Part shown: positions 27,758-36,904 of the stretch, piece by piece
Position numbering within the stretch: the stretch's first letter is position 1
Layout of the letters: each line of letters starts with the position of its first letter
NCBI GenBank assembly: GCA_050259235.1
Contig: JBLNAG010000002.1
Span: forward strand, 88,893-152,892
Source of the DNA: Ignavibacteriales bacterium
Lineage (GTDB): Bacteria; Bacillota_I; Bacilli_A; RF39; UBA660
Length of the DNA stretch: 64,000 bases
Reading direction: 5' to 3'
The notes under the pieces: generated by a model
Told to the model about the DNA's origin: nothing
Databases searched by the model: none
The model's input: the letters and a program-made list of their open reading frames with translations, nothing else
Program-made: the position numbers and the translations under genes

Positions 27758-28393
27758 TCATCTTTTACTAATTTTTATTCTCAATATTGTTTTTAATTTA
27801 TCTGCAACCACTTTCCTTGCATCTGATAAATATATTTCCTTATGAGTGAAACCTACTCTTTCATAATTGTTATCTTTTAAATACTCTTCCATTTTAATAA
27901 ATGATTCAGGCTCAGTATCATATGAACCATTATGTAAAATTTGAAGTGATAATCCTTCTGTAATTTCATCATAATAAATTTTATCCAGTAATGTATTTGG
28001 TTTTTTATTTTTAGCTATTTCTAAAGCTTTATCAAATACATCTTTATTCACAAATGAGGGTTGCTTAATCATTAGAGTATAAGCAAATTCATTCTTATCA
28101 AGAATTCCTTTTTTTATTTTTACTTCTATGCCCTTTTCAGTTAAACTCCATAATCCTTCAAGTGGATAGACCGTATATTCAAAATATCCATCTGGAGTAA
28201 AACCATTTCGAGGCATCATTTTGATGACATAAGATAATTGATATAAAACTTCAATGTCCTTTGCAAAGGCCTCGCTGTTTGGATTACCAATACCATTTAT
28301 ACAAATAAAATTATGTTTTGAAATATCAATTACTTGTGGTTTATCCTTTACACCATATAATTCTTTTTCTTGTTTTTTATATTCATATTTCAT
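27758..28393 (-). CDS. GyrI-like small-molecule-binding domain protein (putative); start trimmed to avoid tRNA overlap
   Basis: The track ORF extends to 28507 and overlaps the tRNA-Leu. The internal ATG at 28393 (MKYEYKKQEKELYG...) has an AGGAG RBS 8 nt upstream. The beta/alpha pattern suggests a GyrI-like fold, weakly. Confidence 0.35.
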   Translation of the reverse strand: MKYEYKKQEKELYGVKDKPQVIDISKHNFICINGIGNPNSEAFAKDIEVLYQLSYVIKMMPRNGFTPDGYFEYTVYPLEGLWSLTEKGIEVKIKKGILDKNEFAYTLMIKQPSFVNKDVFDKALEIAKNKKPNTLLDKIYYDEITEGLSLQILHNGSYDTEPESFIKMEEYLKDNNYERVGFTHKEIYLSDARKVVADKLKTILRIKISKR

Positions 28394-28461
28394 TTTTATT
28401 ACTCCTATCATAATATTATTATATAAAAACTCATACCAAAAGTATGAGCTTAAATTCTTAA

Positions 28462-28550
28462 TGGTGCTCGTGGTCGGAGTCGAACCGACACGGTGTTTTA
28501 GCACCACTGGATTTTGAGTCCAGCACGTCTACCAATTTCATCACACGAGC
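28462..28550 (-). tRNA. tRNA-Leu (anticodon CAA), class II with long variable arm
   Basis: Reverse complement reads GCTCGTG-TG-ATGAAATTGGTAGACGTGCTGGA-CTCAAAA-TCCAG-TGGTGCTAAAACACCGTG-TCGGTTCGACTCCGACCACGAGCACCA. It has a 7-bp acceptor stem, anticodon loop CU-CAA-AA, a long variable arm, a T-arm GGTTCGACTCC and an encoded CCA. Confidence 0.85.
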
Positions 28551-28613
28551 GAGCAATATAATTATATCATAAAAATATTTTTTTACACAATAAAAAAATA
28601 ATATATTTAAATA

Positions 28614-29189
28614 TTACTCTTTATATTTTGACTCATACAAATCAACTTCATTGTCTTCTATTTTTTCCCTTTCAACCTTAGGTAATTGATCTATAGAAGA
28701 TAAGCCAATACAATCTAGAAATACTGAAGTAGTACCATATAATATAGGTCTGCCTGGTAATTCTGATCTTCCTACTTCTTTAATTAAATCTCTGAATAAT
28801 AATTTTCTGATAATATGACTACTATCTACTCCTCTTATCTCTTCAACAAAGCTGCGAGTAACTGGTTCGTTATAAGCAATAATTGCTAAAGTTTCTAAAG
28901 AGGCTTGACTTAGTAATCCATTCTTTTCATATTCTACTAATTTTTCATAATATTCTTTATATTCTTTTTTAGTTACTAATTTTAAATTATCACCAAAAAC
29001 TTCGATTTTTATTCCATGATTTCCTTTATTATATTCTTCTTTTAGTTCATTTAAGATATTACTTAATTGGTTATCATCAATATTTAAAATCTCTTTTACT
29101 TTTTCAAAAGGTAATCCTTCCTCACCTACTAAAAAAAGTAATCCTTCTAATGCTCCAATAAACTCCATCTTATTCACTTCCTTTTGCAA
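28614..29189 (-). CDS. scpB: segregation and condensation protein B
   Basis: 191 aa. LEGLLFLVGEEGL..., tandem winged-helix ScpB pattern. Adjacent to scpA. Confidence 0.8.
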   Translation of the reverse strand: MQKEVNKMEFIGALEGLLFLVGEEGLPFEKVKEILNIDDNQLSNILNELKEEYNKGNHGIKIEVFGDNLKLVTKKEYKEYYEKLVEYEKNGLLSQASLETLAIIAYNEPVTRSFVEEIRGVDSSHIIRKLLFRDLIKEVGRSELPGRPILYGTTSVFLDCIGLSSIDQLPKVEREKIEDNEVDLYESKYKE

Positions 29190-29895
29190 TTAAATATATC
29201 TTGTAAAAATTACTATCTTGTACTATTTTTAATTCTTGCTTTTTAGCTAAATCCAATATTGATAAAAAAGTAACCACAATATAGTCTCTAGTATATACAT
29301 CAAATAATTCCGTGAATTCTACCTTCTTCTTATTTTTAATAATTTCTTTTATCTCATTACTTCTAACCGATACTGAGAATTCTTTAGTTGTTATTTTAGT
29401 ATTTAGGGGTTTATCTAATTCTCTTCTCTCTAAAAAATTAGAAAAGGCTTCTAATAATTCATTTAAATCAATTTGATTATGATTATCATTATCTTCTTTT
29501 GCATATTCGTCTAAATTACTTGGTACTTTACTAAACATTTTATTTCGTTCAGATTCATAATCTTTTAAAACATTCGAAACTTCTTTATAATATTGATATT
29601 CTAATAAACGATTGATAAGTTGTTCTCTTGGATCTTCTTCATATTCATCATCTGCATTATCATTTTGATTTGGAAGAAGTGTGACTGATTTCATTTCTAT
29701 TAGTTCTGCAGCCATTACTAAATATTCACTAGCCACGTTCAAATTCATCTCTTCCATCTTTTTAATAAAATCTAAATATTGCTTAGTAATTTTTTCAATA
29801 CTTATATCAAAGATATTTATATCAGATTGCTTTATTAAATGTAGCAATAAATCTAATGGTCCTTCAAACTCTGGCATATTAATTTCATATGTCAT
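29170..29895 (-). CDS. scpA: segregation and condensation protein A
   Basis: MTYEINMPEFEGPLDLLLHLIKQ is the canonical ScpA N-terminus. Start moved to the ATG at 29895 (the track starts 8 codons earlier). Overlaps scpB by 20 nt. Confidence 0.8.
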   Translation of the reverse strand: MTYEINMPEFEGPLDLLLHLIKQSDINIFDISIEKITKQYLDFIKKMEEMNLNVASEYLVMAAELIEMKSVTLLPNQNDNADDEYEEDPREQLINRLLEYQYYKEVSNVLKDYESERNKMFSKVPSNLDEYAKEDNDNHNQIDLNELLEAFSNFLERRELDKPLNTKITTKEFSVSVRSNEIKEIIKNKKKVEFTELFDVYTRDYIVVTFLSILDLAKKQELKIVQDSNFYKIYLIAKGSE

Positions 29896-29966
29896 TTTAT
29901 CACATCCAAGCATAAACATTATATCATAAATTAAATATATATGATATAATTTTGTGTGGTGATACC

Positions 29967-30269
29967 ATGAAAAAATTTACAATGAAAGATGAATCTTTTA
30001 TTTGCGAAAATTGTGCAAAAAAAGTTAATAAATTAGACTATACTGCAAGAGATCATTGTCCTTATTGTCTATATTCAAAACATATTGATATCAATCCCGG
30101 AGATAGAATGAATAAATGTCTTGGTTTAATGGAACCTATTGGTATTGAAAAGTTTAAAGATTCATATAAAATATTATATAAATGTGAAAAATGTAATGAA
30201 CCTCATAAAAACATTATGGCAAAAGATGATAATATGGATTTAATTATTGAATTATCCATAAAAAAATAA
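29967..30269 (+). CDS. RNHCP-domain zinc-ribbon protein
   Basis: CENC...RDHCPYC...C..KCEKC: four Cys pairs with an R-D-H-C-P core. Start set at MKKFTMKD with a GGTGA RBS. Confidence 0.45.
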   Translation: MKKFTMKDESFICENCAKKVNKLDYTARDHCPYCLYSKHIDINPGDRMNKCLGLMEPIGIEKFKDSYKILYKCEKCNEPHKNIMAKDDNMDLIIELSIKK

Positions 30270-30293
30270 TACCCTCTGGTATTATTTTTTTAT

Positions 30294-30857
30294 TTACCCT
30301 ATAAATTCAATAATTTGTGGTAAAAAGATTATAAAGGCTACTAATATAAGGAATATAATAATAATAAATGCAATAGCTCCTTTATTACTCTTTTCTTTTT
30401 TAACCGGTTTAGTAGATACTTCAGGTGTAGGTGCAGCACTTACAGTAGTTGGTGTTGGCACTGGTACAGGTGTAACAGGTGCTTCTGGTACTGGTTGTAC
30501 TGGTGCACTTGGCATTTCTACTGATGGTACCACTGGAGTTTCAACTACAGGTGATACCGGAGCAACAGGCACACTCATTGTTGGTTGTGCATAATATGGC
30601 ACATCCACTATTTCTGATTGCACTGGTACACTTGGCATTTCCATTGTTGGCATTGCTGGAGTTTCAACTACAGATGGAGTCGGAACAACAGGAGTAGCCA
30701 CCATTGGTTGTACTGGTTGTGCATATGGTACATCTACTATTTCTGGTTGTACTGGTGCACTTGGTGTATCAAAAATTGATAATGGTGTCACCGGATTATT
30801 TGTAGTAGTACTTGGGACTGTTTGATCATTGATAAATTCTTTATTTTCTGGGTTCAT
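30294..30857 (-). CDS. proline/valine-rich repeat protein with C-terminal membrane anchor
   Basis: 187 aa. Imperfect repeats of (P/S)VVETP.(M/V)P(T/S)(M/V)EMPS.PVQ.EIVDVPY. C-terminal TM AIAFIIIIFLILVAFIIFLPQII. Confidence 0.5.
   Translation of the reverse strand: MNPENKEFINDQTVPSTTTNNPVTPLSIFDTPSAPVQPEIVDVPYAQPVQPMVATPVVPTPSVVETPAMPTMEMPSVPVQSEIVDVPYYAQPTMSVPVAPVSPVVETPVVPSVEMPSAPVQPVPEAPVTPVPVPTPTTVSAAPTPEVSTKPVKKEKSNKGAIAFIIIIFLILVAFIIFLPQIIEFIG
30490..30780. repeat. about 130-bp tandem DNA repeats (roughly 2.3 copies) inside the P/V-rich protein gene
   Basis: Recurrent blocks tactggtgcacttggcatttc...ggagtttcaactacag...ggttgtgcata(a)tatgg(c/t)acatc(c/t)actatttctg. Confidence 0.5.
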
Positions 30858-30869
30858 TTTCTTTCCTCC

Positions 30870-31490
30870 TTATTTACATTCATAACCATCTTTAGTATAT
30901 ATTTTGGTTACTTCTTCTATTTTTTGATTGTAACTGTACTTAAGTTCTAAAGGATTATAAGTAGCTGCTTCATTCATCTTTTTAACATCTAATAATGATA
31001 AATCTAAACTTAATTCAACTGTATAAGTATTTCCTGTTATAGTAGGTTTGATTTTAAAACCATTATACTTATCAAAATCTTCTGCTAATTCAGTAAAATA
31101 TTTATTAGCTGTATCAATCTCATTCATATATAATCCTTCATTAGAAATATATGATGTTAATTCAGTTGTAGACTTAATCATATTATTTGGATGATTGAAA
31201 GTTACTTTATAAGATATTTTCCCTTCTTCTTTAGTCTCAGTTTTTGTACAAATAGTAGTGGTTTTAACTTCTTCCTCTTCTTCAACTGGGGGTTCTTCAA
31301 CAACCTCTTCTTTAGGAAAAAGACCATTTACTTTTATGTACATAACTTTGTCGTATATTGTAGGAAGCAAAAAGACAAATACAAAAATAATTATAATTAT
31401 GACAATAAATAAAAGGCTTTCATTGGTAAGTTTAAAACCATCTTTAATCCTTATTCTTGGTCCATCATTATTATTTTGCATCACTATCAC
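30870..31490 (-). CDS. membrane-anchored hypothetical protein
   Basis: 206 aa. N-terminal TM FIVIIIIIFVFVFLLPTIY, an acidic EE-rich linker, then a globular domain. Confidence 0.35.
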   Translation of the reverse strand: MIVMQNNNDGPRIRIKDGFKLTNESLLFIVIIIIIFVFVFLLPTIYDKVMYIKVNGLFPKEEVVEEPPVEEEEEVKTTTICTKTETKEEGKISYKVTFNHPNNMIKSTTELTSYISNEGLYMNEIDTANKYFTELAEDFDKYNGFKIKPTITGNTYTVELSLDLSLLDVKKMNEAATYNPLELKYSYNQKIEEVTKIYTKDGYECK

Positions 31491-31663
31491 CCCTACTTTA
31501 CATAAATAATTATAACAAAAAATTTTAAAAAAAGAAAGTTTTTTTTATTTTTTAATCTTTTTGGAATATTTATTTGATATAAGTATATAATATTAGTGAC
31601 TGAGTTATCGCACAAGCAGTAAATGCTTTCCTTGATAACTTGGTCACTTTTTATATTAATAAA

Positions 31664-31695
31664 AGAACAAAAATAATTGTTCTTTTTTTCTTTTT
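31664..31695 (+). terminator. rho-independent terminator-like hairpin + T-run upstream of gerAA
   Basis: agaacaa-aaataa-ttgttct followed by TTTTTTTCTTTTT. A second hairpin+T5 lies at 31596..31652. Confidence 0.45.
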
Positions 31696-31764
31696 ATAGA
31701 TAATCCAAGATTAATAAAATAGTAGAAATTGGTAATAATATAAAGGAATAGATGAGGTATACAT

Positions 31765-33243
31765 ATGAAAATAGATCAAATTAATAAAAAATTGATGAGT
31801 GATAATAAAGAGAATGTTCAAGAAATTAAAAAAAGAACTGGTGAAAGTCCAGATATAATTATTAAAAAACTATCATTTGCTAATTATACTATTCATGTAG
31901 TCTTTAATGAAACATTGTGTGATCAAACAATTATCAACAAATTTATTCTTGAATATTTTGTTGAAGCACCAATTAAATCAAGACCTGAAAATATTGTAAA
32001 ATATTTAAATGAAAATATTCCAACACGTAAAACAACAAAAATTAGTGATTTTGATACTTTGTTTTACAATCTTTATAGTGGATATACAATTATATTAATA
32101 GATGGACAAGAAGAAGCACTTAGCATTGAAACTAGGTTTATGTTAAATAGTACAATTCAAGAAGCAAAAGATGAGTATGTTTTGAAAGGATCAAAAGATG
32201 CTTTTACTGAAAACTATCAAACTAATATTGGACAAATCCGAAGAAGAGTTAAGACTGAAAAACTATGGTTAAAGGAAGTAGATTTAGGAACCAAAAGCAA
32301 AACTAAAATAGGAATTATGTATATAAATGATATTGCAAGTAAAGAATTAGTTGAACAAGTAATAAATAAAATTGAAAACATTGAAATTGATGCTATTCTT
32401 GGTAGTAATTACATAATAGACACAATATCAGAAAATAAGAGAAATGTTTTTCCAAATTATTTATCAACCGAAAGACCAGATTTAGTTGCTGCAAATCTAT
32501 TAGAAGGTAGAATTGCTATTGTTATTGAAAACATGCAATATGTCGTTGTTATACCTGCCGTGTTTGTTGATTTTTTTCATAGTACTGAAGATTTATATCA
32601 AAAATCGATCAATACTACTTATACCAGAATTATTAGAGTTATAGCTTTATTAATTACTTTACTAGTACCTGCTATTTATATAGCTATTACTACTTTCAAT
32701 CAAGAAGCTATTCCGGAAAATTTAATAATCAACTTTGCAGCACAAAGAAATGGCGTACCGTTTCCGGCAATAGTTGAAGCTATATTAATGATTATTACTT
32801 TTGAAATATTACGAGAGACAAATCTAAGAATACCATCAACATTAGGTAGTGCTTTATCAATAGTTGGAGCAATTGTCTTAGGAGATGCTGCCGTAACAGC
32901 AGGAATTGTATCTCCAATTATGGTTATTGTAGTAGCTATTACTTCTATTAGTGGTTTGACAGTATCTTCATCAGATATAATTAACGGAATTAGATGGTGG
33001 AGAATTATCTTCATTGTGTTAGCATCTATAACAGGACTACTAGGGGTATTTCTTGCCGGTATTTTATTTGTAGTCAACTTAGCAAGCATGAAATCATTTG
33101 GTATTCCTTATCTTGCACCACTTGCACCTTTTGATAAAGATAATCAAGGTAACGCTATTTTCCTCTCCGATAAACGTAAATTTTTCAAAAGAAATTCATT
33201 AACAGCTAAAAAAAATTTATATCGTAGCAAGGAGGATAATTAA
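31765..33243 (+). CDS. spore germination protein, GerA-family A subunit
   Basis: 492 aa. ...ILGSNYIIDTISENKRNVFPNYLSTERPDLVAANLLEGRIAIVIENMQYVVVIP... is diagnostic of GerAA/GerKA. C-terminal TM helices. Confidence 0.8.
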   Translation: MKIDQINKKLMSDNKENVQEIKKRTGESPDIIIKKLSFANYTIHVVFNETLCDQTIINKFILEYFVEAPIKSRPENIVKYLNENIPTRKTTKISDFDTLFYNLYSGYTIILIDGQEEALSIETRFMLNSTIQEAKDEYVLKGSKDAFTENYQTNIGQIRRRVKTEKLWLKEVDLGTKSKTKIGIMYINDIASKELVEQVINKIENIEIDAILGSNYIIDTISENKRNVFPNYLSTERPDLVAANLLEGRIAIVIENMQYVVVIPAVFVDFFHSTEDLYQKSINTTYTRIIRVIALLITLLVPAIYIAITTFNQEAIPENLIINFAAQRNGVPFPAIVEAILMIITFEILRETNLRIPSTLGSALSIVGAIVLGDAAVTAGIVSPIMVIVVAITSISGLTVSSSDIINGIRWWRIIFIVLASITGLLGVFLAGILFVVNLASMKSFGIPYLAPLAPFDKDNQGNAIFLSDKRKFFKRNSLTAKKNLYRSKEDN

Positions 33244-34472
33244 TGAAAAAAATAAAAATACTTATTATATTATTGCTTATTTCCCTTACAACTGGGTGTT
33301 GGAATTATAGAGAATTAAATAATTTAGCGATAGTTAGTGCTATTGGAATCGATGAAGAAGATGGCGTTTATAATGTAAGTGTTCAAGTTATGAATCCTAG
33401 TCAACAAAGTAGTAACTCAAAGTCTGGAGGTTCTAGTAGTCAAACTACACCTGTTGATGTTTACGAAGGAAAAGGTAAATCCATACTTGAAGCAATAAAT
33501 AGTATCTTATTAAAACAACCAAATGATATCTTTCTAGGTCATACTGACCTAATTGTTATTAGTGACCAATTAGCAAGGAAAGGAATTGAAAATTTTATTG
33601 ACTTTCTATTACGAGATAGGCAATCAAGAAAAATATTTCCAATGGTTATTATAAAAAATGCCAAAGCAAGTGATGTTATAAAACTGATTACCCCAATAGA
33701 AACAATATCTAGTAAATATATAAGTTCTACTTTAGAAGCTACAAAGAAAAATAGTGGTGTCCTTAGCGATCGACTTTTTGATGAAATATTGATGTGTTTA
33801 TTTACTAGAGGGAGAGAAGCAACAATATCAGCTATCGAATTGGTTGGTCTCCCTGAAAAGGGTGATGAATCTAAAAATCTTTCTACATCCATCCCTACTA
33901 CTTATTTCAAAATAAGTGGATCTGGTGTCCTTGTTAATGATAGATTAGTTGGATATTTTGATGAAAAGGAAAGTTTAGGATATACCTATATTAGAAATAA
34001 AGTAACTGCTTCAGTTATATCGGTTCCTTGTGATAAGGAAGGAAATTATGCTGGTGTTAAGTTAGAAAAAAGTAAAGCAAGTTTGAAGACCACTATTAAG
34101 GACGGCAAGCCAGTTGGTGAAATTACGTTAAATACTAAAGCGGTAATATCCGAATTCAATTGTAAGGTTGATTTGCTTAAACCTGAAAACATCAAAAAAA
34201 TAGAAGATGCTACAAACAAAGAATTAAAAAAAATATTGAATTATGCTGTGGTTAAAGCTCAAAAAGAACTAAAAAGCGATGTCTTTGGTTTTGGAGAATA
34301 TATTTATAAAAATAAACATAAGGACTGGAAAAAATATGAAGACAATTGGAATGAAACATTTAGTAATATGGAATACAAAATTAAAGTAACAACGGAAATT
34401 AGAAATGTTGGTGCAGCAATAGATTCATTAAAAAATTCATACAGGGGGAATCCTAATTATGGAAAAGAATAA
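33243..34472 (+). CDS. spore germination lipoprotein, GerA-family C subunit
   Basis: Lipobox LTTGCWNYRELNNLAIVSAIGID (Ger(x)C signature). 409 aa. Confidence 0.75.
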   Translation: MKKIKILIILLLISLTTGCWNYRELNNLAIVSAIGIDEEDGVYNVSVQVMNPSQQSSNSKSGGSSSQTTPVDVYEGKGKSILEAINSILLKQPNDIFLGHTDLIVISDQLARKGIENFIDFLLRDRQSRKIFPMVIIKNAKASDVIKLITPIETISSKYISSTLEATKKNSGVLSDRLFDEILMCLFTRGREATISAIELVGLPEKGDESKNLSTSIPTTYFKISGSGVLVNDRLVGYFDEKESLGYTYIRNKVTASVISVPCDKEGNYAGVKLEKSKASLKTTIKDGKPVGEITLNTKAVISEFNCKVDLLKPENIKKIEDATNKELKKILNYAVVKAQKELKSDVFGFGEYIYKNKHKDWKKYEDNWNETFSNMEYKIKVTTEIRNVGAAIDSLKNSYRGNPNYGKE

Positions 34473-35571
34473 CAATATAATTACAGCTGCACAATTTGGT
34501 ATTATTGGTTATTTTTTAGGTAATGCCTTCTTTATAGGAATGGGTGATACTAGCTTAATAAATTTTGCTAGACAAGATACTTGGTTAGCAGCCATATTAG
34601 CAATAATACTTGGACTATTACCTATTGCTATACTAATATACATAATGAATTATAAGCCTGAAAAAAACATCTTAGAAAAGAATAAAGTTTTGTTTGGAAA
34701 GATTTTTGGTAGTTTAATTAATTTTATTATCTTTGCATATATGTTTGTAATAACTATAATACTAATATGGGCAACTAGTAATTATGCAATTATTATTTAT
34801 TTAACTGTTACTCCCCGTTTAGCTATTATTCTACTGTTTGTATCACTCAGTATATATACCGTTATTAAAGGAATAGAAGCAATTTGCCGAACTGGTCAAA
34901 TATTATTTTTTGTAGTATTACTTATGATTGTCTCAATCACCATGGGTCTATTACAATATTCTGATTTTAATAATGTTAAGCCAATTCTTAAAGATGGTGC
35001 TATGCCAATGATTAAAGGATCAATATTGTATTTATCTTATGCATTCACTCCACTAATATCTTTACTTATTATTCCAAAGAAGACTATTAAAGATCAAAAG
35101 AAATTTAATAGATATTTAATAGGAGGTTTTCTCTTCAGTATTATGACAATGGTTTTAGTCTTCTATGTAATAACCTCTGTTTTAACAGTTGATTTGGTAG
35201 ATTTATATCGATATCCAGCATATTATGTTCAAAAGAAACTAGTTATTACCAATTATTTCAATAACGTTGAAAATTTCTTTTCATTACATTGGTTCTTAAA
35301 TTATTTCTTTGGTGTTATAATGTCATTATACTTTTTAAGTAAATATGTACAACATATATTTAAATTTAAAGATTCAAAACATATAAATATTTCAGTTATT
35401 ATATTGGGTTTAATGACAGCTATTGCAGCAAACTACGCATTTAAAAATGGTACTAATGCATTTGATTTTATGAGATATCAATTTCCAATATGGATTGCAG
35501 GAATATTATTTGGAATATTATTACTAACATGTATATTAATATTCATCAGAAAAAAAATAGGAGACACATAA
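34459..35571 (+). CDS. spore germination permease, GerA-family B subunit
   Basis: 370 aa. 10 TM APC-like transporter. Third gene of the gerA-type operon. Confidence 0.7.
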   Translation: MEKNNNIITAAQFGIIGYFLGNAFFIGMGDTSLINFARQDTWLAAILAIILGLLPIAILIYIMNYKPEKNILEKNKVLFGKIFGSLINFIIFAYMFVITIILIWATSNYAIIIYLTVTPRLAIILLFVSLSIYTVIKGIEAICRTGQILFFVVLLMIVSITMGLLQYSDFNNVKPILKDGAMPMIKGSILYLSYAFTPLISLLIIPKKTIKDQKKFNRYLIGGFLFSIMTMVLVFYVITSVLTVDLVDLYRYPAYYVQKKLVITNYFNNVENFFSLHWFLNYFFGVIMSLYFLSKYVQHIFKFKDSKHINISVIILGLMTAIAANYAFKNGTNAFDFMRYQFPIWIAGILFGILLLTCILIFIRKKIGDT

Positions 35572-35583
35572 TCTTCTATTTTT

Positions 35584-36669
35584 TTATGCAAACTTCTTCT
35601 TTCTTAATTTTATTTCAGCGGTTATCCAAATAATTAAAGGAATTATTATTTCAAAAGGAAGAGCATAAATATAGTAAACTTTAATAAAATCCATCATCTC
35701 TAAAATATTAGTGTATATAATTGCTGATAATGCTAAAATTAATAAACTTGTTGGTAGTAATACCTTTTTATAATTAGTTACTGATAATAATTTGGATATT
35801 CCTAAGGAAGCAGCTATTAAGCAAACTGTTATTTTAGTAATTCCAGCAAATAGAAAGTTTATAGTTACTATTCCTTCTATTCTTGTTAAAAAATTTCCTA
35901 ATTCAATTATTCTGGTAGCAGAGAATGAGGGAAAATAAGTTGACAATGCTAACGTTGATCCTAAAACAGTTAAATTTCTTAACATAACAAATAGTAAAAT
36001 GATACTGCCAAATATAATTGCCAACATATATATTTTATATGGACTATCTTCTTTTTTTAGAAAACATGCTAATGGTAAAAATAATACTGTCTCGGCTAGG
36101 GGAAAAGAAATAATTTTATATGTAGCTAACGACAAACCTTTTAAATCAGTTTCCATAATTGGCATAAGATTTTTTACATCAACAATACCCAATGATAAGA
36201 TTATTGTTATTATTAACATTAGAATAACAACAGGTAAAACAACTAATACCCAACTTCCAAAAATAGTTGGTCCACTTTTACCTATATAAATAGCTACCAG
36301 CAATAATACTATTATTATTAATATTTCAGGAGTTTTTAATAATGTGGTTATTTTTATATATTCTGAAAAATTTTTTAAGATCATTGAACATAAGTGAATG
36401 GCATACCATATCATCAAAATAGTAATTATATTACCAATAATTTTGCCAAACAGTTTATAAATTATGTCATATAGTCCTAAACCTGGATATAATTTAATAA
36501 TTCTTGCATATATGAACACTATTGGAAGCGAAAAAAGTGTTGCCAGAATTAGTGTAATCCATGAATCTTGTTTAGCTTCTGTACTTACACCAAAAATAAC
36601 ACTACTACCAAATATAAATAAAACTATTATTGCTATTGCCTGACTAGATGTTATTTTTTCTTTGATCAT
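35584..36669 (-). CDS. spore germination permease, GerA-family B subunit (second operon)
   Basis: 361 aa. MIKEKITSSQAIAIIVLFIFGSSVIFG is a typical GerAB N-terminus. Polytopic. Confidence 0.7.
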   Translation of the reverse strand: MIKEKITSSQAIAIIVLFIFGSSVIFGVSTEAKQDSWITLILATLFSLPIVFIYARIIKLYPGLGLYDIIYKLFGKIIGNIITILMIWYAIHLCSMILKNFSEYIKITTLLKTPEILIIIVLLLVAIYIGKSGPTIFGSWVLVVLPVVILMLIITIILSLGIVDVKNLMPIMETDLKGLSLATYKIISFPLAETVLFLPLACFLKKEDSPYKIYMLAIIFGSIILLFVMLRNLTVLGSTLALSTYFPSFSATRIIELGNFLTRIEGIVTINFLFAGITKITVCLIAASLGISKLLSVTNYKKVLLPTSLLILALSAIIYTNILEMMDFIKVYYIYALPFEIIIPLIIWITAEIKLRKKKFA

Positions 36670-36684
36670 AATTCATGTTCTCCT

Positions 36685-36891
36685 TTAAATTATACTCTTA
36701 ATGGCAGCTTCTATTGGTTTTGCTGGACTAGGTAATGTAACACCTAAACTATAAAGTATCAATATTATCAAAGTAAAAAGAGATGTTCCTATGTAAAATA
36801 AAACAATTTTTTTATTGTCTTTTTTTAAAAGTGGCATAAAATCAAAAATAATTATTAAGGCATATGTTATTAAAATAATTGTTAAATCCAT
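36685..36891 (-). CDS. small two-TM membrane protein within ger operon
   Basis: 68 aa, two hydrophobic helices. Sits between the gerAC-like and gerAB-like genes. Confidence 0.35.
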   Translation of the reverse strand: MDLTIILITYALIIIFDFMPLLKKDNKKIVLFYIGTSLFTLIILILYSLGVTLPSPAKPIEAAIKSII

Positions 36892-36904
36892 TAAATCACC
36901 TCTT

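Noticed and set aside
32700-33892. Minus-strand ORFs 32700..33089 and 33539..33892 inside gerAA/gerAC
   Set aside because: Antisense shadows of confidently assigned GerA-family genes.
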